Positions 15,001-26,116 of a DNA stretch of 64,000 nucleotides are shown piece after piece. This stretch comes from Paragordius varius (Eukaryota > Animalia > Nematomorpha): assembly GCA_964247055.1 (NCBI GenBank), contig OZ176056.1, positions 9,300,001 to 9,364,000 of the forward strand, read 5' to 3'. The notes below the pieces were generated by a model. The model saw only the letters and a list, made by a program, of their open reading frames with translations, searched no databases and was not told the origin of the DNA. Every line of letters starts with the position of its first letter. Position 1 is the stretch's first letter. Made by a program: the position numbers and the translations under genes.

Positions 15001-18000
15001 TTTACAACAATCAAAATATGTTGCCTAATAACTTTTTTGTGTTTCCAACAATCAAACATATATTTTTATCAATCTATAATTTTTCCAACAATCAAAATAT
15101 GTTGCGCAATAACTTTTTAGTGTTTCCAACAATCAAACATATATTTTTATCAATCAAATAATTTTTCCTACAATCAAAAAATCTTGCCTAATAACTTTTT
15201 AGTGTTTCCAACAATCAAACATATATTTTCAACATTCAAAAAAATTTTCCAACAATTAAAATATGTTGCCTAATAACTTTTTAGTGTATTAACAATCAAA
15301 CATATATTTTTATCAATCAAATAATTTTTCCAACAATCAAAATATGTTGCGCAATAACTTTTTAGTGTTTCCAACAATCAAACATATATTTTTATCAATC
15401 AAATTATTTTTCCAACAATCAAAATATGTTGCCTAATAACTTTTTAGTGTTTTCAACAATCAAACATATATTTTTATCAATCAAATAATTTTTCCAACAA
15501 TCAAATTATGTTGCCCAATAACTTTTTAGTGTTTCCAATAATCAAACATATATTTTTATCAATCAAATAATTTTTACAACAATCAAAATATGTTGCCTAA
15601 TAACTTTTTAGTGTTTCCAACAATCAAACATATATTTTTATCAATCTATAATTTTTCCAACAATCAAAATATGTTGCGCAATAACTTTTTAGTGTTTCCA
15701 ACAATCAAACATATATTTTTATCAATCAAATAATTTTTCCTACAATCAAAAAATCTTGCCTAATAACTTTTTAGTGTTTCCAACAATCAAACATATATTT
15801 TCAACATTCAAAAAAATTTTCCAACAATTAAAATATGTTGCCTAATAACTTTTTAGTGTATTAACAATCAAACATATATTTTTATCAATCAAATAATTTT
15901 TCCAACAATCAAAAAATGTTGCCTAATAACTTTTTAGTGTTTAACAATCAAACATATATTTTAATCAATCAAATAATTTTTCCAACAATCAAAATATGTT
16001 GCCCAATAATTTTTTAGTGTTTCCAACAATCAAACATATATTTTCAACATTCAAAAAAATTTTCCAACAATTAAAATATGCCTAATAACTTTTTAGTGTT
16101 TTCAACAATCAAACATATATTTTTATCAATCAAATAATTTTTCCAACAATCAAAATATGTTGCCCAATAACTTTTTAGTGTTTTCAACAATTAAACATAT
16201 ATTTTTATCAATCAAATAATTTTTCCAACAATCAAAATATGTTGCCTAATAACTTTTTAGTGTTTCCAACAATCAAACATATATTTTTATCAATCAAATA
16301 ATTTTTCCAACAATCAAAATATGTTGCCCAATAACTTTTTAGTGTTTCCAATAATCAAACATATATTTTTATCAATCAAATAATTTTTCCAACAATCAAA
16401 TTATGTTGCCCAATAACTTTTTAGTGTTTCCAACAATCAAAATATATTGCCCAATAACTTTTTAGTGTTTCCAATAATCAAACATATATTTTTATCAATC
16501 AAATAATTTATTCCAACAATTAAAATATGTTGCGCAATAACTTTTTAGTGTTTTCAACAATCAAACATATATTTTTATCAATCAAATAATTTTTCCAAAA
16601 ATCAAAATATGTTGCCCAATAACTTTTTAGTGTTTCCAACAATCAAACATATATTTTTATCAATCAAATAATTTTTCCAACTATTAAAATATGTTACCGA
16701 ATAACTTTTTAGTGTATTAACAATAAAACATATATTTTTATCAATCAAATAATTTTTCCAACTATTAAAAAATGTTGCCTAATAACTTTTTAGTGTTTAA
16801 CAATCAAACATATATTTTTATCAATCAAATAATTTTTCCAACAATCAAAATATGCCTAATAACTTTTTAGTGTTTTCAACAATCAAACATATATTTTTAT
16901 CAATCAAATAATTTTTCCAACAATCAAAATATGTTGCCCAATAACTTTTTAGTGTTTTCAACAATTAAACATATATTTTTATCAATCAAATAATTTTTCC
17001 AACAATCAAAATATGTTGCCTAATAACTTTTTAGTGTTTTCAACAATCAAACATATATTTTTATCAATCAAATAATTTTTCCAACAATCAAATTATGTTG
17101 CCCAATAACTTTTTAGTGTTTCCAATAATCAAACATATATTTTTATCAATCAAATAATTTATTCCAACAATTAAAATATGTTGCGCAATAACTTTTTAGT
17201 GTTTCCAACAATCAAACATATATTTTCAACATTCAAAAAAATTTTCCAACAATTAAAATATGTTGCCTAATAACTTTTTAGTGTTTCCAACAATCAAGCA
17301 TATATTTTTATCAATCAAATAATTTTTCCAACAATCAAAATATGCCTAATAACTTTTTAGTGTTTTCAACAATCAAACATATATTTTTATCAATCAAATA
17401 ATTTTTCCAACAATCAAAATATGTTGCCCAATAACTTTTTAGTGTTTTCAACAATTAAACATATATTTTTATCAATCAAATAATTTTTCCAACAATCAAA
17501 ATATGTTGCCTAATAACTTTTTAGTGTTTTCAACAATCAAACATATATTTTTATCAATCAAATAATTTTTCCAACAATCAAATTATGTTGCCTAATAACT
17601 TTTTAGTGTTTCCAATAATCAAACATATATTTTTATCAATCAAATAATTTATTCCAACAATTAAAATATGTTGCGCAATAACTTTTTAGTGTTTTCAACA
17701 ATCAAACATATATTTTTATCAATCAAATAATTTTTCCAAAAATCAAAATATGTTGCCCAATAACTTTTTAGTGTTTCCAACAATCAAACATATATTTTTA
17801 TCAATCAAATAATTTTTCCAACTATTAAAATATGTTACCGAATAACTTTTTAGTGTATTAACAATAAAACATATATTTTTATCAATCAAATAATTTTTCC
17901 AACAATCAAAATATGTTGCGCAATAACTTTTTAGTGTTTCCAACAATCAAACATATATTTTTATCAATCAAATAATTTTTCCAACTATTAAAATATGTTA

Positions 18001-18640
18001 CCGAATAACTTTTTAGTGTATTAACAATAAAACATATATTTTTATTAATCAAATAATTTTAACAATCAAAATATGTTGCTTAATAACTTTTTAGTGTTTC
18101 CAACAATCAAACATATATTTTTATCAATCAAATAATTTTAACAATCAAAATATGTTGCTTAATAACTTTTTAGTGTTTCCAACAATCAAACATATATTTT
18201 AATCAATCAAATAATTTTTCCAACAATCAAAATATGTTGCCTAATAACTTTTTAGTGTTTCCAACAATCAAACATATATTTTAATCAATCAAATAATTTT
18301 TCCAACAATCAAAATATGTTGCCCAATAACTTTTTAGTGTTTCCAACAATCAAACATATATTTTAATCAATCAAATAATTTTTCCAACAATCAAAATATG
18401 TTGCCTAATAACTTTTTAGTGTTTCCAACAATGAAACATATATTTTAATCAATCAAATAATTTTTCCAACAATCAAAATATGTTGCCCAATAACTTTTTA
18501 GTGTTTCCAACAATCAAACATATATTTTTATCAATCAAATAATTTTTCCAACAATCAAAATATGTTGCCCAATAACTTTTTAGTGTTTCCAACAATCAAA
18601 CATATATTTTTATCAATCAAATAATTTTAACAATCAAAAT
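1..18640. repeat. 82-bp satellite DNA array, open at the left window edge
   Basis: Tandem monomer aactttttagtgtttccaacaatcaaacatatatttttatcaatcaaataatttttccaacaatcaaaatatgttgcccaat; for example it starts at 81 and 163. It continues to ...caatcaaaat at 18640, where unique sequence begins. The repeated 67-aa ORFs in the ORF track are by-products of the array. Confidence 0.99.
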
Positions 18641-21600
18641 TTCTGGTAAACAGACTAGGTTTACAAAATTGTCTAAAGGAGCTGTTTCTGTCAATTCAAG
18701 AATAGCAATATCGTTTATTGGAGCATGGGCTGGCCTAATGCGCATACAGTAAAAATTAAAAATACGTAAAATCATAGGGATAAAATTTTTTAAAAGACCT
18801 CCATACTTTTTAAATTTCAATTTTAACATAACTTTTTGATTACAATTAAAATAGATTGTGCTACCACTATAAATAAGTTTAAGAAACTATAGAGGTCCCA
18901 AAAATTATTTGCCTTTATATTTAACGTTTTGTCATAATTTCAAATTTTGAAAGTCAGATAATGTAAATAAAATAAATAAGATATATTTTTGTGATTTTAT
19001 TGGCTTTAAATTGGAAGTTTAGTAATTGCAAAACTATATTAAAATATTTATTTTTTATTAGGTTTTTTTTAAATCCTAACAATTAACGTTTAACTGGGTC
19101 TGTAAAGGATTGCATGAATGCGTTCAGACCTGTTATTAATACACACTGCCAATAATAAATTAATAAAAAAATTTTGTTATAAAATTGAGTTATTTTTTAA
19201 AACCCAAAAACTTGATGTCTGTGTTAATTTAAACAATCATTTTACAGTAGCGTATGGAGTAAAAGATTGTTAGTGCAAAATAGAATAAAAAAATGTTTTT
19301 TTTAAAAAAACGATCCTAGTTGTAAATACACATTTGTATAATGTCCCCTTGTTTTTTTTAAAAAAACAATTTTTTATTCTATTTCTAACAATCTTAATGA
19401 ACACAAAACAGGGGGATATTTTGGATATAATAACAGTTGTTAAAATCCGTAAGATAATGATAAAGGATAATTAAATAGAATAAAATGAAATTATAAATAA
19501 AAATTATAAACGATATGTGAAACCCTTCGTCAATAGTAATCGCGGACTAGTTTCGTGCCTGTTAGCACTCATCAGTACGACACAACTATTTGACTTGGGG
19601 ATTTATAATTTCATTTAATTCTATTTAATTCTTTATCATTATCTTACGGATTTTAACAACTGTTATTACAAAACATAACCAATCCGTTATTTACCATTAC
19701 AATATCATCTTTATCTTATGTTTCTTATCAAAATAGAGTGCTTCTTAGTTATGTAATTGATTTCTATGAAATCCTTAAGTAGCTATACTCAAAATCTAGG
19801 CTCACCCCTAGAGTTAATTTTCAGTTTATTTTCAGATTTTCAGTTTAATTTTCATAAATTACATTAAATTTAATTTAGATTCGTATAACCAACTGCATTT
19901 ATGCCAAAATTGCAAAGTTGGATATATATACGAAATCGATATGTGAAAACCCCAAGTCAAATAGTTGTGTCGTACTGATGAGTGCTAACAAGCACGAAAC
20001 TAGTCTGCGATTACTTTGACGAAGGGTTTCACATATCGTTTATAATTTCTATTTATAATTTCATTTAATTCTATTTAATTATACTTTATCATTATCTTAC
20101 GGATTTTAACTGTTATTACAAAACATAACCAATCCGTTATTTACCATTACGATATTATGGATATGTTTATAAATAGGACTGAATGATAATTAATATATAT
20201 AATTGTCCCCCTGTTTTGTGTTGATTATTTTGCACTAACAATCTTCTACTGCATACGCTACTGTACTTAATATTTTGAAAATTTTTATTAATAATGTGAG
20301 ATGTTATCTACAAAGAATAAAACATTATCATATTCCTTTCGTAAATATTCATTTTAATGGATATTCATTAAATAATAGGGACAACACGTAAAAATATAAA
20401 GACAAATTTTTTTTAAAAGACAATGATACTTTTTTAAACCTTAATTTATCCTATTAAAAGCATTTGCCAACAATCGTAAAATATGTCATTGATTGTGTTA
20501 CCAATATATATTCTATTTTACACTTTGCAGTTTAAAACAATGACTTATATTTAAAATAATTAAAAAATAGTATGGTTGTCTTTCCAAAAAAAATTAAAAA
20601 TATAATCTTTATTATTTTTTCCCCATAACTTAAATTTTTACTGTATTAAAACTATTAAACCATCATAAATTAATTAGATTTTCAACATAATTTTATAATA
20701 ACCCATTAGAAAAAGGCGATTTTATAAAAAATCAGTATAAAAATAATTAGGGTATTACATAAAATCTTTGATATGAACATTTTTGACTCCGGAACGCCAA
20801 GCTGTAGGGTCATTCATATAAACTGCCATAAATAGATTGTTCACATGTCCATAAACTTCTATCGTGCTTTTCTCTCTAAAAATAATATTGCTTATTATCA
20901 GCTCTGTTAGAATATTGAATATTTTGTAAATTACAGTAAAATTTGAAATTATACGGACCAAACGTTAAAGACAAATGTTTTTTTCTCAAAGACAATCATA
21001 CTTTTAAATCATGATTTATTTCAATATAACTTATTGTTTTGATTGGCAAAGGGTGAAATAGAATATATTACTAACAATCAATTTCTTCAATTGCAAACTA
21101 GCTTAATTTGGAAAATTATAGTTTAAAAAAGTATGGTTGTCTTTTAGAAAAAAATAATTGTCTTTATATTTTTACGTTTTGTCCGTATATTTTTAATTTT
21201 CAGTATATTCAATAGACGCTTAATATTGTTTATACCTTAATTTAATTAATTCCAAATAATGGTATTCTTCCGTTTTAAAAAAATTATCATTTGATTAAAT
21301 ATATTTCTCACATAAACAAATTTTAGCTGTTTAATTAAAAGCGATTAGGTATGCTACATAAAATCGAGATAGTGTGCACTAAAAAATTTGTAAACAAAAG
21401 AGTTAAAAAATAGGCATTCAAGAGAATAGGCGGAAAAAAGTAGTTGTTATACAAGCAGCCCAATAGACAGATATGAAGGGATAAAAATCCCGCTTTTATG
21501 TCAGTTGCACAAAAGCATTGAATTTCAGTTAATTGTATGGACTTTGTAGTTAGGATATTTTATTATAAATTAAAACTGAACAAAGAACCTTATTTTTAGT

Positions 21601-24600
21601 TTTAAAACAAATCGAATTTTAATCTTTATAATTCGGTAAAAATTGAAATATACGGACAAAACGTAAAAATCTAAAGACAATTTTTTCCAATAGACAACCA
21701 TACTTTTCAAACCTTAACTTCTACGTAAGCTATTCAATAACGATGATAAAATATTAAACTGATTGTTTTAGTATTATAGATTTTTATATATACATCTTCT
21801 TCTCACCTTCAATATTACATAAAGTAAAGAATTATATTTTAGACGTTTAAAAAGTATGGTTGTCTTTTAGAAAATATTTTTATTGATATTTTTACGCTTT
21901 GTCCGTATAATCTTTATATTAACTTAATCACAACTCACATACAGTCATGTAGACTTTATATTGTTAAAGATTTACTTTTTTTCGTTAATTGGGTATTAAT
22001 ATTTGGTAAAGAATATAAAAACAAGAGCTATATGGTATTACCATATCATATTCTTTAAAAAAGTAAAAGAAGTGTGGGGGAAGGGCGTCGGAAATCTTTA
22101 GTAAAAAATGAAATACTTAAAATATTGTTATAGGGGAATGGTAATATTTTTGTTAATCTTTTAGCAAAATTTATATGTTGATTTTTTTTAAAAATTTATT
22201 TCGCAGTACACATATGAAAGAGGATTGACGTGAGAATTAACTAATTAATTTGATGAATATTTTGTATGTTAAATTTTGAGAATATTACAGCAATTTATGT
22301 TAACATTAAAATATTGTTGTTACGTATTTAGATGCGGAATTTTGTGGGTTTTTATTCTTAACAATTTAATAAATAGTAAAATGGGTATTTTAATATTATT
22401 TATAATTCATAATTAAATTCAACAATTACTATTTTCAACATGATAAATACCTGTATTAATCAAAATTGGTATTATTATTTTAAATAGTTGTTATTAGTAA
22501 TTAAAATACAGGATATTTGTGAAAATTTAATTAGATTATAGATTGGTTTTGTTTTTATGTTTTTCATGGTTAATTTTTATGTGTTTACATTTTAATCAGG
22601 TAAAAATTGCGGTTTTTAAATTTAGTCACATTTAATTTTTTTTGTTTTTTAGGATTTGCATTGCAAATTGTATTTAATTACTACATATTGGAAATTTTAA
22701 AATACAGGTAAAAATGGCGGTTAATTTCAAATTTATTTATTTTTCATTGGTAATTGTAATTAATTACATATTGTGGACATTTTAATAACTACAGGTAAAA
22801 ATTGCAGTTTTTAATAAATTTAATAAAAATTGAGTTTTTGTTTTTTAGGATTTGCATTGTTATTTGTAATTAATTTATTTGGTCATTTTAATAAATACAG
22901 GTAAAAATTGCGGTTTATAACAAATTTCAAATTTAATTTTTTTTGTATCATTGTTATGTTATTAATTATCAAATATTTTCGAAATTTAAAAAACAGGTGA
23001 AAATTGCGGTTTTTAATAAAATTAATAAATTTTTAATATTTTGTTCAACCTTGCTAATTTATTCAAATGATAGTAATTACCTGTATATATCAATTTATCA
23101 AAAATATATAGTAATTAATAAATTTTACTAATTTATTAAAAACGGCATTTCACCTGTTTTTTAAATGTCCAAAATATTTATTAATTAAAAACAAATAACA
23201 ATGATACAAAACATGTTAAATTTTACAAACTGGCATTTTCACCTGTATTTATTAAAATGTGTAATTAATTACAAATAACAATGCAAATCCTAAAAAACAA
23301 AAACTCAATTTTTATTAAATTTATTAAAAACTGCAATTTTTACCTGTAGTTATTAAAATGTCCACAATATGTAATTAATTACAATTACCAATGAAAAATA
23401 AATAAATTTGAAATTAACCGCCATTTTTACCTGTATTTTAAAATTTCCAATATGTAGTAATTAAATACAATTTGCAATGCAAATCCTAAAAAACAAAAAA
23501 AATTAAATGTGACTAAATTTAAAAACCGCAATTTTTACCTGATTAAAATGTAAACACATAAAAATTAACCATGAAAAACATAAAAACAAAACCAATCTAT
23601 AATCTAATTAAATTTTCATGAATATCCTGTATTTTAATTACTAATAACAACTATTTAAAATAATAATACCAATTTTGATTAATACAGGTATTTATCATGT
23701 TGAAAATAGTAATTGTTGAATTTAATTATGAATTATAAATAATATTAAAATACCCATTATACTATTTATTAAATTATTAAGAATAAAAACCCACAAAATT
23801 CCGCATCTAAATACGTAACAACAATATTTTAATGTTAACATAAATTGCTGTAATATTCTCAAAATTTAACATACAAAATATTCATCAAATTAATTAGTTA
23901 ATTCTCACGTCAATCCTCTTTCATATGTGTACTGCGAAATAAATTTTTAAAAAAAATCAACATATAAATTTTGCTAAAAGATTAACAAAAATATTACCAT
24001 TCCCCTATAACAATATTTTAAGTATTTCATTTTTTACTAAAGATTTCCGACGCCCTTCCCCCACACTTCTTTTACTTTTTTAAAGAATATGATATGGTAA
24101 TACCATATAGCTCTTGTTTTTATATTCTTTACCAAATATTAATACCCAATTAACGAAAAAAAGTAAATCTTTAACAATATAAAGTCTACATGACTGTAAT
24201 ATAAGAGTGAGTGTTAATAAATGAAAATTCTCTGAAATAAAGTTTTTATAAAACAAAAAGAAATAATAATTGGGAATAAACTTTCCCCAAACGCAATGAG
24301 CAGCTGTGAGAGCAAATTGTTGGTTAATTAATACAGCGCCACAATCTTGTTTCCGTTCAATTTTGAGGAAAAGCTAAATAAATAAAGTAAAAATTGAAAT
24401 TATACTACGGACAAAACGTAAAAATATAAAGACAATTTTTTTATTCTAAAAGACAATGATAGTTTTTCAAAACTTATTTATCCTTATTAAAATAATTTAA
24501 ATACAATCGTACAATACATAAATTGCTTGTTTTATCATTTTAATGTTTGAAATAATAAATATCATTATATAAATTAAAATTCAAAAAGTATGGTTGTCTT

Positions 24601-26116
24601 TTGGAAAAAAATATTTGTCTTTATATTTTTACTTTTTGTCCGTATAATTTCAATTTTTACTGTAAAAATATGTAAATATATCGTATAAATATGAGTTACC
24701 TCTGTTACGCTTTGTGCGGCCCACAAAAAAATTAAAAAACAGTAAAAATTTAAATTATACTATGGACAAAAGGTAAAAAAAGACAAATATTTTTTTCCAA
24801 AAGACAATCATACTTTTAAATCATAATTTTTTTAAATATAACTGAATGTTTTTATCTGCAAAATATAAAATAGAAATATAAATTGTTAGCACAATCAAAT
24901 ATGTAGTTTAAGAATGTAATTAAATATTTTATATATTAAAAATTAAAGTTTTAAAAAGTATGGTTGCCTTTTGAAAAAAAATATTTCTTTATATTTTTAT
25001 GTTTTGTCCGTATAATTTCAGTTTTTAATGTATTAAATAAATAGGATATTTCTTAAATCACAAAAATATTGCCATCAATATAATATCTTTGTAGAATTAA
25101 TATTTAATAACAGTTTCTGAATAAGTTTATCCAAATTTTGACAATGAACTTGCGAAAACTGGTGAATAAATAGTTTGATGATTGAATTTTTATTACAGTT
25201 TCAAGTTTGAAATAAAATATATATTAATGTTCATGTATTTATTAAATGGGGCTCGACCATGGTTAAAATTAATATAATCACGAATATACAGTATAAATTA
25301 TTTTTAATTTACCTGCCAAGGCCAAGCCTGTATATCAGCATTATTTCCATGAACTATACGTTGAGACAAAACACTGCAATTTGGCGAATTGATTCTAGCA
25401 AATTGATTTCCACAGTCGGAATAACCCTCTAAAGAAATAGTTGAGAAAATTAAGTTTTAAGAAATAATATCAATGTCTTTTTTAAAAAAATATACATGTT
25501 ATTATTACAGTAAAAATTGAAATTATACGGACAAATAAAGAATCTTTTTTTCTCAAAGACAACCATATGCTTTTTAAATCTTGATTAATTTAAATTAACT
25601 CATTGCTTGTTTATATCCAAAGTATAAAATAGAGATGTATAATGGTAACATAAATAATTATATATTTTAGGCTTGTTATTAAGTATTATAATAGGATTAA
25701 TCTAGGTTTAAAAAACTATGGTTCTCTTTTAGAAAAATTGTCTTTATATTTTTACGTTTTTGTCCCTATAATTTCAGTTTTTACTGTATTTTTCGAGGTG
25801 CAACGTTTGTCTGGAAAAATAAAATTCTTCTTAATATTTTTATTAGAGAATCTATTTGGATTTTTTGCTTTTCGAAAGTATATACAGTGGTAAAATTTTA
25901 AATTTATATTGAGTTAAATTGGGCATTTTATATATTATTTTAATTAAGCAGGTAAAATAATAGTGTCACTTCTACTAAATTTTATTTATGATAATATATA
26001 AAATTCTATACATTAATGGAAATATTTATTGTAAAATTTATTTTTAATAAATAATATTGATGCAATTTACCTTGAATGGTGCAAAATAGTATACAAACGA
26101 TTGGCAATAGATTCAT
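18641..26116 (-). CDS. Trypsin-family (peptidase S1A) secreted serine protease, 5' five exons; the C-terminal exon(s) with the catalytic Ser are not in the window
   Basis: Exons 26116-26071, 25428-25313, 24373-24282, 20875-20759 and 18734-18641. All four introns are GT-AG with matching phases (1,0,2,2). The spliced protein is MNLLPIVCILFCTIQEGYSDCGNQ...SQR/IVHGNNADIQAWPWQLFLKIERKQDCGAVLINQQFALTAAHCVWGKEKSTIEVYG...KDFMPAHAPINDIAILELTETAPLDNFVNLVCLPE. This gives a signal peptide, the R/IVxG activation site, WPWQ, the His motif TAAHC, the Asp motif NDIAIL and VCLP. Confidence 0.93.
18747..18954. mobile_element. MITE family A copy (degenerate), protease intron 4
   Basis: Starts TA|CAGTAAAAATT, and a degenerate inverted end (...cgttttgtcataatttcaaatttt) lies near 18925-18954. 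Confidence 0.6.
19540..19580 (-). ncRNA. Minimal type I hammerhead ribozyme (inverted copy)
   Basis: Minus strand reads UCGUA-CUGAUGA-GUGCU-AACA-GGCAC-GAAA-C-UA-GUC-CGCGA. The core is intact, stem II has one G-U pair, and the stem I pair next to the cleavage site is an A-C mismatch. Confidence 0.75.
19970..20010 (+). ncRNA. Minimal type I hammerhead ribozyme
   Basis: UCGUA-CUGAUGA-GUGCU-AACA-AGCAC-GAAA-C-UA-GUC-UGCGA: complete conserved core, perfect 5-bp stem II, 5-bp stem I and a GUC cleavage triplet at 20003-20005. Stem I extends via GUCAAA/UUUGAC and CGAUAUGUGAAA..CCC/GGGUUUCACAUAUCG. Confidence 0.88.
20370..20643. mobile_element. MITE family A copy, protease intron 4
   Basis: Family motifs acgtaaaaatataaagacaa...aaagacaatgatactttt on the left and agtatggttgtcttt...tttttactg|TA on the right. 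The left end is degenerate. Confidence 0.65.
20934..21205. mobile_element. MITE family A copy, protease intron 3
   Basis: TA|CAGTAAAATTTGAAATTATACGGAC... with an inverted end ...aaagtatggttgtctttt...cgttttgtccgtata. Confidence 0.8.
21634..21910. mobile_element. MITE family A copy, protease intron 3
   Basis: gtaaaaattgaaatatacggacaaaacgtaaaaat... with an inverted end aaaagtatggttgtctttt...tttgtccgtataat. Confidence 0.75.
21942..24196. mobile_element. 2.25-kb foldback (palindromic) DNA element with a TA target duplication
   Basis: TA|CAGTCATGTAGAC... and ...GTCTACATGACTG|TA. The ~1.08-kb arms are near-identical reverse complements around a ~100-bp spacer (~23025-23128). Each arm has ~100-bp internal subrepeats headed by CAGGTAAAAATTGCGGTTT. 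Confidence 0.92.
24385..24662. mobile_element. MITE family A copy, protease intron 2
   Basis: gtaaaaattgaaattatactacggacaaaacgtaaaaatataaagac ... gtccgtataatttcaatttttactg|TA. Confidence 0.85.
24740..25030. mobile_element. MITE family A copy, protease intron 2
   Basis: cagtaaaaatttaaattatactatggacaaaa ... gttttgtccgtataatttcagtttttaatg|TA. Confidence 0.8.
25508..25786. mobile_element. MITE family A copy (279 bp, ~75-bp TIRs, TA target duplication), protease intron 1
   Basis: TA|CAGTAAAAATTGAAATTATACGGACAAA ... TTTGTCCCTATAATTTCAGTTTTTACTG|TA. Confidence 0.88.

Larger units (their letters stand above)
19427..20150 (+). mobile_element. Small non-autonomous Penelope-like (pseudo-LTR) or retrozyme-like element
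   Basis: A ~213-bp unit at 19938-20150 recurs inverted at ~19427-19600 and as a direct 3' fragment at 19601-19700. The unit contains a hammerhead core. No ORF is present. Confidence 0.65.
19245..20263. mobile_element. TA-flanked MITE (Tc1/mariner type, ~45-bp TIR) interrupted by the hammerhead-bearing element
   Basis: TA|CAGTAGCGTATGGAGTAAAAGATTGTTAGTGCAAAATA at 19243 and TATTTTGCACTAACAATCTTCTACTGCATACGCTACTG|TA ending at 20265. An inner inverted motif AACACAAAACAGGGGGA is present at both ends. Confidence 0.75.

Noticed and set aside
3779-17946. Repeated 67-aa ORFs (MLETLKSYWATYFDCWKNY...)
   Set aside because: They are translations of satellite 3-mers that happen to lack stops, with no coding context.
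1-18640. CRISPR-like array
   Set aside because: There are no unique spacers, the units are contiguous, there are no cas genes, and the context is eukaryotic.
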